This document shows, one piece after another, positions 10,007 to 18,976 of a stretch of 64,000 nucleotides of DNA. The stretch is from assembly GCA_965226495.1 (NCBI GenBank), contig OZ245365.1, positions 1,728,001 to 1,792,000 of the forward strand. Direction: 5' to 3'. Both the position numbers and the translations under genes were made by a program. Source of the DNA: Candidatus Marinacidobacterales bacterium. Lineage in GTDB: Bacteria > Acidobacteriota > Vicinamibacteria > Marinacidobacterales > DATDRI01. Position 1 is the stretch's first letter. Every line of letters begins with the position of its first letter. Below the pieces are notes generated by a model, which saw nothing but the letters and a program-made list of their open reading frames with translations, had not been told where the DNA came from and did no database searches.

Positions 10007-11014
10007 ATGAAGGCTGCTTGGTATGAGCAACAGGGCTCTCCGTCCGACGTCCTCATAGTAGGGGAGATGACAACGCCTGCGCCTGGCCCGGGCGAGGTTC
10101 GCATCCGCGTTGTCGCCTCGGGTGTTAATCCTGGTGACGTGAAGAAGCGTCAGGACACGTTCGGTGTTGGAATGCTTTTTCCGCGTGTGATTCCCCATAG
10201 CGACGGAGCTGGTGTGATCGAGGAGGTCGGCAAACAGGTGTCGTCATCGCGCATAGGCGAGCGCGCGTGGTGCTTCGGTGCGCAGAGTTATCGTCCCTTC
10301 GGGACCGCGGCGGAGTGTGTCGTGGTCCCAGTTGAGCACGCGATCCCCCTGCCGGATGGGATCTCGTTCGAGCAGGGGGCGTGCTTGGGAATCCCGGGCA
10401 TCACTGCGGATCGCGCTGTACATGTGGGGGGCTCGGTGCACGGGCGGGCCGTCCTTGTGCAGGGTGGAGCTGGGGCCGTTGGGCAGTGCGCCATCGGCCT
10501 CGCCCGGCATGCCGGAGCGCATGTGCTCGCATCGGTGCGCTCCGAACGCGATGTGGCAACCGCACAGCGGGCCGGCGCTCACCACGTATTAGTTACCGGT
10601 GGACTCCCTGCCGAGGAAATCGTGGAACGCATTCTTGACCACGTGCCCGATGGAATCGATCACATTGTTGAGGTCGCTTTCCACTCGAACGTTTCCGTGG
10701 ACGAGCGGTTGCTGAAACTAGGTGGCTCGATTGCGACGTACGCCACAGGCGACCCGACGCCAGCAATTCCTTTCTGGCCGCTTGTGTTCAAGAATGTTCG
10801 CCTGTTCTTCCTTGGGAGCGACGACTTTCCTGCCGCGGCCAAGACTGCCGCGGCCCGCGCACTGAACGAGACGTTAGAGGGCGAGTGGCCAGGCTTCGAG
10901 ATTGAAGAGCGGTTTCCCTTGGAGTCGATCGCGAAGGCTCACGAGGTGGTCGAGGAGCACAAAGCGTCGGGCCGAGTTGTAGTGACTCTCGGAGACCAGG
11001 AGGGCGCGGCATAA
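10007..11014 (+). CDS. NADPH:quinone reductase (zeta-crystallin-like MDR; cassette)
   Basis: GVNPGD, PHSDGAG and GGAGAVG; stop codon lies inside the attC box GCATAAC. Confidence 0.9.
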   Translation: MKAAWYEQQGSPSDVLIVGEMTTPAPGPGEVRIRVVASGVNPGDVKKRQDTFGVGMLFPRVIPHSDGAGVIEEVGKQVSSSRIGERAWCFGAQSYRPFGTAAECVVVPVEHAIPLPDGISFEQGACLGIPGITADRAVHVGGSVHGRAVLVQGGAGAVGQCAIGLARHAGAHVLASVRSERDVATAQRAGAHHVLVTGGLPAEEIVERILDHVPDGIDHIVEVAFHSNVSVDERLLKLGGSIATYATGDPTPAIPFWPLVFKNVRLFFLGSDDFPAAAKTAAARALNETLEGEWPGFEIEERFPLESIAKAHEVVEEHKASGRVVVTLGDQEGAA

Positions 11015-11103
11015 CCCGCCGTGGCAGCGGACGACCGGCGCCGGCATCATTGGAAAAGATAGTGGGGTTGGCAGCGTTCGCCGCTGAACGGCCCTGGTTA
11101 GGC
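11009..11103 (+). repeat. attC site
   Basis: GCATAAC (exact complement of this cassette's core GTTATGC)...gcagcgg...ccgctgaa...GTTAGGC. Confidence 0.92.
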
Positions 11104-11157
11104 TGCGTCTGCCAACCGTCGTCGGCGGGGCCGCCAGCCCATGATTGAACTATTGTG

Positions 11158-11856
11158 ATGACATCTCCTGTTACCACATCTCGCCCGCTGCCTCGTCAGG
11201 TGGCCATCATCGGCGCCGCCGGCGGTCTCGGCCGGGGCATTCTCAGCGTGTGCCGAGCAGAGAACATCGCGTTCACCGCCATTGTCCGCTCGCGGCCGGA
11301 GCGCATCACAGACGTGCCAGATGGCTCTCGCGTCGTCGTTGTCACCTCTCTCGCCGACCGCGCTGCCCTCACTGAGGCGTTTTCAGGGGCAGACGCTGTT
11401 ATCACGGCCATGGGGGTGACGTCGTCGAGCAGCGACCGCTCAGCCCTGCTCTCTGCCAACTTGGCCACCGTAGAGGCTTCAATGACAGCTGCCGGCGTCG
11501 ACCGCATCGTTGTCATCAACACGTTTCTAACCTCACCGCCAGGCAAGGCTGCGCGCCGGGCGGTGCGCTTCCTTTCGTGGGTGCCCGGTAACATTGGCCG
11601 TGGGGCGAAGGAGCTACAAGCCGTGGTTAATGCCCTTGGCCGCGGGGCGTTCCCCTCGCTTCGCTGGACACTCGTCCGGGCATCGGTCAACTCTCGCGGT
11701 AAGGACGAGCGCCCCGGGGCGTCGGCGGAGTTTGACAGCGCTCTCAACTCCTGGTGGGCCGTTTCGTATCAAGCCATGGGTCGGTGGATGCTGGAGGAAG
11801 CTGCGGCCAATGAGTTTGTCCTCGCAGCACCCGTCGTGTCGCAGCGCCGCAAATGA
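11158..11856 (+). CDS. NAD(P)H-binding protein, flavin reductase/atypical SDR (cassette)
   Basis: IIGAAGGLG Rossmann motif, ADAVI, WTLVR. Confidence 0.8.
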   Translation: MTSPVTTSRPLPRQVAIIGAAGGLGRGILSVCRAENIAFTAIVRSRPERITDVPDGSRVVVVTSLADRAALTEAFSGADAVITAMGVTSSSSDRSALLSANLATVEASMTAAGVDRIVVINTFLTSPPGKAARRAVRFLSWVPGNIGRGAKELQAVVNALGRGAFPSLRWTLVRASVNSRGKDERPGASAEFDSALNSWWAVSYQAMGRWMLEEAAANEFVLAAPVVSQRRK

Positions 11857-11949
11857 TAGGAGGACTTGACGCAAAGGGATGGACATTTGACCAACGACTA
11901 GCAGGCTGTTCTGGTGGTCGCCGGATGGGAAGTTGATGGGGATTCAGCA

Positions 11950-12012
11950 GCCTAACCAGGCGATGCAGACGGACGCGGCTTCCCCGCGCCACTGAACGCC
12001 AACGCGTTATCC
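11950..12012 (+). repeat. attC site
   Basis: GCCTAAC...atgcag...cgcgg...ccgcg...ctgaa...GTTATCC. Confidence 0.85.
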
Positions 12013-12041
12013 GGATACCTGGTAGGACGCGACGGTGCCAG

Positions 12042-12070
12042 TTGCATGCTATACGCCAATGGCGTATAGT
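12042..12070 (+). promoter_or_regulatory. Sigma70-like promoter with overlapping palindromic operator of the TA cassette
   Basis: TTGCAT-17 bp-TATAGT; perfect IR CTATACGCCA-a-TGGCGTATAG at 12049-12069; GTG start 5 bp after the -10 box. Confidence 0.8.
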
Positions 12071-12075
12071 TAGAT

Positions 12076-12393
12076 GTGCGCTTCGTTGAAACTCCTATCT
12101 TCACCCTGGAGGTAACGGGGCTACTCTCAGATGAGGAGTATCGTGGCCTCCAGTTGGCCCTTCTATTTCGGCCCGAGCAAGGTCCGCTAATCCCCAAGAG
12201 CGGTGGCCTGCGAAAGCTTCGCTGGGGACGACGCGGCGGAGGCAAGCGAGGTGGCCTGAGAGTGATTTACTACTGGGCCAAGGAGGCGGACACCGTTTAT
12301 ATGCTGTTTGCCTACCCAAAGAGTGAAAAAGAAGACCTGACAGCTTCACAACTCCGGGTCTTGAGCAAATTAGTGAGAGAGGAACTGAAGTGA
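12076..12393 (+). CDS. higB: RelE/ParE-superfamily (HigB-like) toxin
   Basis: GGLRKLRW...GKRGGLRVIYY...AYPKSEKEDL; toxin-first gene order. Confidence 0.9.
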   Translation: MRFVETPIFTLEVTGLLSDEEYRGLQLALLFRPEQGPLIPKSGGLRKLRWGRRGGGKRGGLRVIYYWAKEADTVYMLFAYPKSEKEDLTASQLRVLSKLVREELK

Positions 12394-12680
12394 AGAAGAA
12401 GGATTTTGAGAAACTGGTCGCAAGTGTCAAACAGGCGGGCAAGATCAAGCGAGGAAAGCTCAAAGCCTCGCGCATTGTTGATTTCAAGCCCGCAGACATC
12501 AAGGCGGTGCGCGAGAAGCTCGGTGTTTCACAGTCGGAGTTTGCCCTAATGATCGGCGTAAGCGTGTCGACGCTCCAAAACTGGGAGCAAGGTCGACGTC
12601 AGCCCGACGGTCCGGCGCGAGCGTTATTGAAGGTTGCTTTGGAGAACCCCAAAGCGGTTGCCGAAGCGCTGAGCGCGTAG
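12390..12680 (+). CDS. higA: XRE-HTH antitoxin (HigA-like)
   Basis: SQSEFALMIGVSVSTLQNWEQGRRQP; 4-bp overlap with the toxin gene. Confidence 0.9.
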   Translation: MKKKDFEKLVASVKQAGKIKRGKLKASRIVDFKPADIKAVREKLGVSQSEFALMIGVSVSTLQNWEQGRRQPDGPARALLKVALENPKAVAEALSA

Positions 12681-12696
12681 GTCAAATGTGAATACC

Positions 12697-12804
12697 GGAT
12701 AACGCGTGCATGCAGCAGTCGGTCGGCCACCGTCATTTCAGTCGTAGAATTCTGTTGGGTGGTGGTGGTTGTTGGCCGCCCGCAGCTGATGCACCCTGTT
12801 CGCC
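12697..12804 (+). repeat. attC site
   Basis: GGATAAC (complement of core GTTATCC)...tgcatgcagc...gctgatgca...GTTCGCC. Confidence 0.85.
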
Positions 12805-12834
12805 GGACACGACGCCGGCGTCTGGTCCGTGCAT

Positions 12835-13164
12835 ATGCTGAAGTACATCGAACTCAAGTCTGGCTATTCCGACAACGGACCCGCGTGGATCGCTCGCGTC
12901 ACGCTGTCTCGCTCCGGACGAACCGTCTATGTCAATGGAAAGGCCCTCAAGAGAGCCAGTGCCGGAATGATCTCAGGCAATCACTTCGACCTCGAGACCG
13001 GAGAAGAGTACTGGGTGTCCGGCATCAAGAGGGACGGGCTCGACCGATGCTTCAATCCTGCGTGGACAAGCGTACCTTTGGACAGGACGTTGCGGGAGAG
13101 CTGCGCCAGGGGCTGCTTTAGGGCCGTCGAACATTCGCTGAAGCAGACGGTCGGCACCGTCTGA
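12835..13164 (+). CDS. Hypothetical cassette protein, C-terminus possibly rearranged
   Basis: ORF directly after attC; no attC found after it. Confidence 0.55.
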   Translation: MLKYIELKSGYSDNGPAWIARVTLSRSGRTVYVNGKALKRASAGMISGNHFDLETGEEYWVSGIKRDGLDRCFNPAWTSVPLDRTLRESCARGCFRAVEHSLKQTVGTV

Positions 13165-13428
13165 CCAGCGCCTTCGCGGCTGACGGGCGATTCGCTATTC
13201 AGGCGATTGCTTCCGTAACGGGTTGAAGCTTCATCGGAGCATCCCACGTCAACGCCGGTTCCACGCTTCCACGGGCGCGGCGCCGAACTTGCGTTGAAAG
13301 ACGCCGCGGAAACCAGCCAGGCACAGCCGATCGGGATAACAACAATTCGCATTGCGCCCATAGAGTGACCTATAATTTTCCCTCATCCGCGGGCGACGGT
13401 CAGGCCGCGGGTCATAGGAGGTAGCACG

Positions 13429-13851
13429 ATGTCAGATGAATTGATTGGCACCGCACGTGGGATCGTCGACGCGTTCAACGCCAGCGATTGGGACGGCTTC
13501 CAGAACCTGATGACGGAAGATGCGGTCTACGACGAGGTCGGAACGTCTCGGACGATCAAGGGGGTCAACACCATTATCGAAGCCATGAAAGCGTGGAAGG
13601 ACGCGATGCCCGACGTAAAGGGTACCGTGGACAGCGCCGCGTCCACGGGGAACGGAGTCGTCCTCGAAGTGACCTGGAGGGGCACCCACACGGGTCCCTT
13701 GGCCGGTCCCGAGGGGTCGATCCCGGCTACCGGAAAGAGCCAGACTACGCGGGCGAGCTGGGTGATGGAATTCGATGGGCCGAAGCACAAACAGAGCCGC
13801 CACTACTTCGACATGCTCTCGTTCATGAAGCAGCTCGGCGTGATCAAGTAG
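13429..13851 (+). CDS. SnoaL-like ester cyclase / NTF2-fold protein
   Basis: GGAGG RBS; WRGTHTGPL...IPATGK motif. Confidence 0.85.
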   Translation: MSDELIGTARGIVDAFNASDWDGFQNLMTEDAVYDEVGTSRTIKGVNTIIEAMKAWKDAMPDVKGTVDSAASTGNGVVLEVTWRGTHTGPLAGPEGSIPATGKSQTTRASWVMEFDGPKHKQSRHYFDMLSFMKQLGVIK

Positions 13852-13924
13852 CACGTTCTGGGTTCGAATCGGCCCGACTGGATTCGTCGACGCGCTGCGT
13901 TCTTCTAGCACGTGCGCTGAATAA

Positions 13925-14012
13925 CAACAACAATCGGTGCAGCCTGCGAACGGCGTCACCTTGTGCTTCTTGAATACTCTGACGCCGTTCGCAGCTGACC
14001 TCTTCGTTGCAT
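13925..14012 (+). repeat. attC site
   Basis: CAACAAC...ctgcgaacggcgtca...tgacgccgttcgcag...GTTGCAT. Confidence 0.75.
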
Positions 14013-14024
14013 ATCTGACGGCAC

Positions 14025-14333
14025 ATGGGCAAGGAACTCACAGAGCGAACGCAGAGACTGATCGCGTTGATCGATAGTCCCGATGTTCGGGCTCAAGTCA
14101 CAGCGTTGTTCGAGACCGAGGCCGCGCTCTATGGTCCTCCGAGGGTGGAGGTGTTGGAGCGTGTGCGCTTCGCCGTGATCAAGCTAGCGCTTCAGGGACC
14201 ACAGATGTTACGCGTGGCGGCGGAGCTCTTTCGTGTCGACGCGCGAGACCTGTTGGTGAACGCAGGCTTTGCCGACGATCTCGAGGCGCATGAGAAGTGG
14301 TGCAAGGCTATATTGGCAGCCAGAGATGTATGA
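14025..14333 (+). CDS. Hypothetical cassette protein
   Basis: ORF fills the space between two attC sites. Confidence 0.7.
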   Translation: MGKELTERTQRLIALIDSPDVRAQVTALFETEAALYGPPRVEVLERVRFAVIKLALQGPQMLRVAAELFRVDARDLLVNAGFADDLEAHEKWCKAILAARDV

Positions 14334-14411
14334 CAAGAGATTTGAGCTGACGGCCGAGCGCATGACCACAGACCCGGAGCGCTCGCCCGCAGGTCAATCT
14401 CGGCGTTATCT
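14328..14411 (+). repeat. attC site
   Basis: GTATGAC...gagatttga...gagcgc...gcgctc...tcaatctc...GTTATCT. Confidence 0.75.
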
Positions 14412-14428
14412 GGCAACAAGACCGGTGG

Positions 14429-14713
14429 ATGTCTAACCAATCGATCGCAGACGATGTTTTGGCCGTCCTCGAAAACTTTCGGGCGGCGCGGTTGACGGCA
14501 ACAGATGTTGAGGACGCTGTCGAGCGTGCAGTTCAGGCCATGGAGAACGTCAGCTTGCGGGACATCCACCGAAGCCGAGACCTTACTCATAAACTCATCG
14601 AGGCCGCTCTCAATGATGAAAGTGAAGGTGCCTCTCCTGGATCAGAGGTGGCAGATGCTCTGGAGTCTCTGCGCAACTATGTAGCCGCACTTGGTAGGCG
14701 CCATGCGACATAA
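14429..14713 (+). CDS. Hypothetical cassette protein
   Basis: ORF between attC sites; stop lies in the box ACATAAC. Confidence 0.7.
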   Translation: MSNQSIADDVLAVLENFRAARLTATDVEDAVERAVQAMENVSLRDIHRSRDLTHKLIEAALNDESEGASPGSEVADALESLRNYVAALGRRHAT

Positions 14714-14805
14714 CCCGCCGGCAGTGCCAGATCATGGACGATCGGCACCGGCGTTTTGAAGGAATCAGTGGTGCCACCGATCGCCGCTGAGCGGCCCTGT
14801 TGGGC
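14708..14805 (+). repeat. attC site
   Basis: ACATAACccgccg...cgatcgg...ccgatcg...ccgctgagcggccct GTTGGGC; related to the 5198 and 11009 sites. Confidence 0.8.
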
Positions 14806-14832
14806 ACAGGAAGCACACCGTCCGAGGCCACC

Positions 14833-15342
14833 ATGGAAGACAAGTACGGCATCGACAAAGAGCATGCTCACCCAAGAGCTCGCGAGCTTGCGCCCGAGGA
14901 GTTCTTCTGGGACTGTTCGGATGAATTGGCACCCTTCGGCTCCGATGAAGGTGATACTGCTTTTGCCGAGTACCGCGAATGGCGTCAGGAGAATCCTGAG
15001 GCTCCGCTCGTCGAGTGTCTGAGCTGGACCATCGAGAGTGTTGGCGAGATCGAGTTCTCCGAGTACAGCAGCGCAATACTGTCGCCGACAACTGTCGCGA
15101 ATCAGGTGTCTGATCCCGCGTTCAACGATCAGCAGTACGTGTACACCGTCGATGTCTCGGTCATCGCCACCGGGTTTGGCCAACTCGTGGATCTCGGTAG
15201 GATCGATCCCGATGCTAAGCCACCGATCTCTCTAGCCTTGGAGCGTCAGATACTCTGGAGTCAGGCTCAACCGGATTGGACACACGCCGGCGAGTACATC
15301 AACAACCTCAAGGTGCTACAGCGAATTCTGCAGAGTGCCTAA
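14833..15342 (+). CDS. Acidic hypothetical protein, YfeS/MolR C-terminal-like (cassette)
   Basis: HPRA...FWDCSDELAPFGSDEGDT motif. Confidence 0.65.
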   Translation: MEDKYGIDKEHAHPRARELAPEEFFWDCSDELAPFGSDEGDTAFAEYREWRQENPEAPLVECLSWTIESVGEIEFSEYSSAILSPTTVANQVSDPAFNDQQYVYTVDVSVIATGFGQLVDLGRIDPDAKPPISLALERQILWSQAQPDWTHAGEYINNLKVLQRILQSA

Positions 15343-15393
15343 AGGTGCATGTACCTGACGGCCTTGAGCCGCAGGTGATGCTTGTCGTTATCC
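15337..15393 (+). repeat. Short degenerate attC site
   Basis: GCCTAAA...gcatgtacctg...caggtgatgc...GTTATCC. Confidence 0.65.
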
Positions 15394-15402
15394 GGACCTG
15401 TG

Positions 15403-15939
15403 ATGCGAAAGGAAGTCGGTAAACCCGTACGGGACGAGTTCTTCCGAGGAGTAGCGTCTCGCTTCCCGTGTTTCAAGCGCGTCAAGGGCCAGCGAGTGCC
15501 CGGGTTCACATGGGACTGGGTCTGGCGAATCTCATCGCGCCTGACCGTGTGGCTAACGTTCCAGCGTCACAAAAACGAGGACGCCTTCACTCTGCAGTTC
15601 GCTTGGGCTCAAGAAGGCGACGAGCCACCCACCTTTCCATTCGTGACGCCCGAGGAGTCAGCGACAGTGGAAAGAGGCTGCTTCCGCGTGGGTGAGCTTT
15701 GGGATCCCCGCGGGGACTACTGGTGGACCGTAGTGCCGGGCCCCGATCCGGACCGGCTTGTCTCGGACCCCGTGGCGTACGTCGAAGAGCTGATGCGCCC
15801 CCAGCCGTTGCCAGCGGATCTAGCGGTTCGAGTCCAGGCAGCTGTGCAGGATGCACTGGTCAAGCTCGAAGCGCACCTGCTTCCTCACATCATACATATG
15901 GCCGCGACGCGTGGCGATCCGGAAGTCCGATGTCTGTAG
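15403..15939 (+). CDS. Hypothetical cassette protein
   Basis: ORF directly after attC core. Confidence 0.65.
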   Translation: MRKEVGKPVRDEFFRGVASRFPCFKRVKGQRVPGFTWDWVWRISSRLTVWLTFQRHKNEDAFTLQFAWAQEGDEPPTFPFVTPEESATVERGCFRVGELWDPRGDYWWTVVPGPDPDRLVSDPVAYVEELMRPQPLPADLAVRVQAAVQDALVKLEAHLLPHIIHMAATRGDPEVRCL

Positions 15940-15968
15940 GCCGCGCCTCTAGCAGTTTGGAACGAGCC

Positions 15969-16046
15969 GGATTACGATGCGTTGAAACCGACGAGGCACG
16001 GCTAGAATGGGGCCTCGCTTGATAGCCAGACAGCGCGGCGTCACAA
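15969..16046 (+). repeat. Degenerate attC remnant
   Basis: GGATTAC (1 mismatch to the complement of core GTTATCC), cgaggc...gcctcg stem; right half eroded. Confidence 0.4.
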
Positions 16047-16209
16047 CACCCTATTGTTGAAGGATGTTCCCGAACATGGCAGCAACAATCACCGTTCGTT
16101 ATGCGCTAACGTGTACGATGCTGGCTTTTCTGGCGGTGGTGAAGGCTCTGGCAGTGGTCGGAACACCATGCCGGGCGAGGCTGCGGAGAACTCAAGGGGA
16201 GACGAACGA

Positions 16210-16581
16210 ATGAGCCAAGCGGAACAGGACCGTCGTGTGGACTACATAGAGTTTCTGAGCACAGACATTGAGGAGACCAAGAGTTTTTACTCGGAGGTCT
16301 TCGGTTGGGAGTTCACTGACTATGGCCCGGATTACACGAGTTTCACCGACGGTCGATTAGCCGGGGGTTTTAGTGTAGCGACGGAGGTGCGGGCAGGCGG
16401 TCCATTAGTCGTGCTCTATTCCACGAACTTGGCAGAGATTGAAACCCGAGTCAGTGAGAACGGGGGGCAGATCGTCCGAGAGACATTCGAGTTTCCGGGT
16501 GGAGACGCTTTCACTTCACCGATCCGAGCGGTAACGAGTTGGCGGTCACGGGGCCAGTTCGGTCGGTGGTCAGATCGATGA
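16210..16581 (+). CDS. VOC/glyoxalase family protein with internally frame-shifted C-terminal segment
   Basis: VDYIEF...FGWEFTDYGPDY; canonical RFHFTDPSGNELAV lies in another frame after 16502. Confidence 0.75.
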   Translation: MSQAEQDRRVDYIEFLSTDIEETKSFYSEVFGWEFTDYGPDYTSFTDGRLAGGFSVATEVRAGGPLVVLYSTNLAEIETRVSENGGQIVRETFEFPGGDAFTSPIRAVTSWRSRGQFGRWSDR

Positions 16582-16629
16582 TTTCGAGCCTGACCCCACA
16601 CAGATCGATGATTTCGGCCTGACCCCACA
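16571..16629. repeat. Tandem 30/29-bp duplication containing CCTGACCCC
   Basis: cagatcgatgatttcg(a)gcctgaccccaca x2. Confidence 0.9.
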
Positions 16630-16648
16630 CGGGTGGGCCAAGGGTGCT

Positions 16649-16768
16649 GGTTAACTATGAGTTGGAGCGGACGGCACCAAGACTTCGAGAAGGCGTGCGA
16701 TACTTCAAGATGAGCCGATGTTTTCGGCAGTTGCGTCGCCGTGCTGCCGCTCAACTCAACTGTTAAGC
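16649..16768 (+). repeat. attC site
   Basis: GGTTAAC...gagttggagcggacggcac...gtgctgccgctcaactc...GTTAAGC; related to the 7644 site. Confidence 0.88.
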
Positions 16769-16781
16769 GTCTGGCGGTGTG

Positions 16782-17000
16782 ATGAATCCACATACAAACA
16801 TCGAGAGTGCGAGAGAGGCAATTAACTCGTACAACGGTGCCCCGAAAGAGTTTCTACTTTCCATTTCCGACGAGTTGAACGATCCGATGGGCATGAACAT
16901 GGCGATTCTGACTGACGTTGCTCTCTCAAAAGGGTGGGAGCCTGATGGGTTTGATCAGGAAAAAGGGTATCGGGTCTACAGATATAAGATGTTGGCGTGA
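16782..17000 (+). CDS. Small hypothetical cassette protein
   Basis: ORF starts 13 bp after the attC core. Confidence 0.65.
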   Translation: MNPHTNIESAREAINSYNGAPKEFLLSISDELNDPMGMNMAILTDVALSKGWEPDGFDQEKGYRVYRYKMLA

Positions 17001-17081
17001 AGCAATGGCCCGCGTAATTACTGTTGTCAAGACAGGCAGTCAACCACAACAGTCAAAGGGATAGTGTGAAGGAGGGGACCA

Positions 17082-17294
17082 ATGGGCGTGAATACGGTCA
17101 TCGGAATCTTCGCAATCGTTTTTGGTGTCTATACTTTGTCCATCCGTGCCACCAACCCTAGCAAGTTTGGCAAGCTACAGGCGATGAAGGAACGCTTTGG
17201 TGACTCGGCGGGAAACGCGATTCACATTGTAGCCTACTCAGTTCTTCCGATCTTATTTGGCATTGTCATACTGGTTCGGGGACTACAGGAGTGA
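17082..17294 (+). CDS. Small two-TM membrane protein
   Basis: AAGGAGG RBS; two hydrophobic segments. Confidence 0.7.
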   Translation: MGVNTVIGIFAIVFGVYTLSIRATNPSKFGKLQAMKERFGDSAGNAIHIVAYSVLPILFGIVILVRGLQE

Positions 17295-17404
17295 GCACTC
17301 ACTGTGGCTCCTACGAAGGGTGGTCCCGGTCGACAGCAGCGACACGAACTCCCGACCCTGAGCTGAGGCCGCGGCGAATCGTGAGGAGAAAGTGAGGCCG
17401 GAGC

Positions 17405-17842
17405 ATGACACTACAAGATGTCCGCAAGACTTCACCCGACAAGCTGGCAGGAACTATTAGACTGCTATTGGGTCTGCTCTTTCTGATGACGGGGGCCATG
17501 AAGTTGGTCGTTCCCGTGCTCGCGGAGGCGTGGTCTGGGCAACTTCTGGCCGCCGGGCTTCCATTCTATTCCCTGACGAGGTGGATGGTGCCATTCCTGG
17601 AAATGTTTCTGGGTGTAGCGCTGTTGTTGGGGGCATTTGCGAGAGTTGCGGTCCTCGTGGTCACATGCATTATGGTCGTTGCGACGTACGTGCACTTGGT
17701 AGTCGATGATCCCTTGTTGTTTCCGCTCCAGCCGAGCGAGCCCATTATCCCGATCGTCGTCATTGCGGCGAGCGGGTACATCCTTTGGCGGGGGGCGGGA
17801 GGGTGGAGTTTGGACTTGGTTGCAACACGGGGAGCCGTCTAG
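17405..17842 (+). CDS. DoxX family membrane protein
   Basis: RLLLGLLFLMTGAMKL...GAGGWSLD. Confidence 0.85.
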   Translation: MTLQDVRKTSPDKLAGTIRLLLGLLFLMTGAMKLVVPVLAEAWSGQLLAAGLPFYSLTRWMVPFLEMFLGVALLLGAFARVAVLVVTCIMVVATYVHLVVDDPLLFPLQPSEPIIPIVVIAASGYILWRGAGGWSLDLVATRGAV

Positions 17843-17920
17843 CTACTCTCTTTGTCAGACGATCGGCGCAGGGATGTTGAATTCCGGTTGAATGGCGCCG
17901 CTCGCACTGGCATGTTAGCC
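17837..17920 (+). repeat. Degenerate attC remnant
   Basis: GTCTAGC overlapping the stop codon...ggcgc/gcgcc...GTTAGCC. Confidence 0.45.
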
Positions 17921-17952
17921 GTCGGAGAATCGTGTCAAGGAGAGAACGCCTG

Positions 17953-18456
17953 ATGAAGGACCTGTCGCCGAAGACTCTGCGCCGATTGGACATCCAAGGC
18001 TTTGAGCGAGTGGACGAGGAGCGCCTGGCCCAAATCGCGCCATGGCTGCGGTTGGCCTTCGGGCTGTGTGCCGCGCTTGCCGTGCTGGGGACAGCCCTTG
18101 GCTCGCCGAAGATCCTCCTGACCTTGGCAGTTATTGCATTGGCTGCAACGCTGTCGCCGGTCCATCCATTCGATTTGATTTACAACTATGGCATCCGTCA
18201 TGCGACTGGCACGCCCCGGTTGCCACGACGTGGCGCTCCCTCCCGTTTCGCATGCGGGATCGGCGTGGTCTGGCTAGTGGCAACGGCCTGGGCGTTTCAG
18301 ACCGGGCGGGCCCCTTTAGGATACACGCTGGGGTTTCTCCTGAGTTTGGTAGCGGTCCTCGTTAGCACTACGGACATTTGCATCCCGTCGCTCATTTACC
18401 GAGCGCTGTTCGGAGAACCTACTCCACGGATCGACAATAAAGACTCTGAAGCTTGA
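17953..18456 (+). CDS. DUF4395-like membrane protein
   Basis: HPFDLIYN...PSRFACGIG...ICIPSLIY. Confidence 0.7.
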   Translation: MKDLSPKTLRRLDIQGFERVDEERLAQIAPWLRLAFGLCAALAVLGTALGSPKILLTLAVIALAATLSPVHPFDLIYNYGIRHATGTPRLPRRGAPSRFACGIGVVWLVATAWAFQTGRAPLGYTLGFLLSLVAVLVSTTDICIPSLIYRALFGEPTPRIDNKDSEA

Positions 18457-18472
18457 AAATAGGCGAAACGAA

Positions 18473-18877
18473 ATGTATTGCCCCAATCCGGAGTGCCCCC
18501 ACGCTCAAACAGCGGGAGAGCCTGCGGAGTATCGGGAGGGTGTTGTCCGGTGTAACGATTGCGGCTCGGGCCTTGTGGCGTGGAAGCCGGAAGAGGGTCG
18601 GCAGCAATCCGAGCTGGAGTATGAAGAGTTCGTGCCGGTACTCGAGTTGCAGGGCGCCGCGATGGTTTCTTTTGTGAAATCGTTGCTTCAATCGGTAGGA
18701 ATCCGGTTTTTCATTAAGGGTGAACGGGTTCAAGATCTTATTGCTTTCGGTCAGCTCGGCGCCGGCTTCAACCCAATCACGGGTCCACCCGTCGTGTTGG
18801 TGGAGCCTTCTAGGTCGGAGGAAGCGCGTGTGCTTCTAGCGGCGATCGAAGAGGAAGGGGAGGAAGACGATGTCTAA
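18473..18877 (+). CDS. Zn-ribbon plus DUF2007-like protein
   Basis: CPNPEC...EYREG...CNDCG; KSLLQSVGI. Confidence 0.75.
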   Translation: MYCPNPECPHAQTAGEPAEYREGVVRCNDCGSGLVAWKPEEGRQQSELEYEEFVPVLELQGAAMVSFVKSLLQSVGIRFFIKGERVQDLIAFGQLGAGFNPITGPPVVLVEPSRSEEARVLLAAIEEEGEEDDV

Positions 18878-18947
18878 CCCGCGCATGCTACACACGGCTA
18901 CCGCTAATGTGTCGTGGCGGCGCCAGCCGTTCAACGGCCTGTTAGGC
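18872..18947 (+). repeat. attC site, partly degenerate
   Basis: GTCTAAC...acggct...agccgt...GTTAGGC. Confidence 0.7.
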
Positions 18948-18976
18948 ATTTACGAATCGTGGCCGGACGAGTGGGA

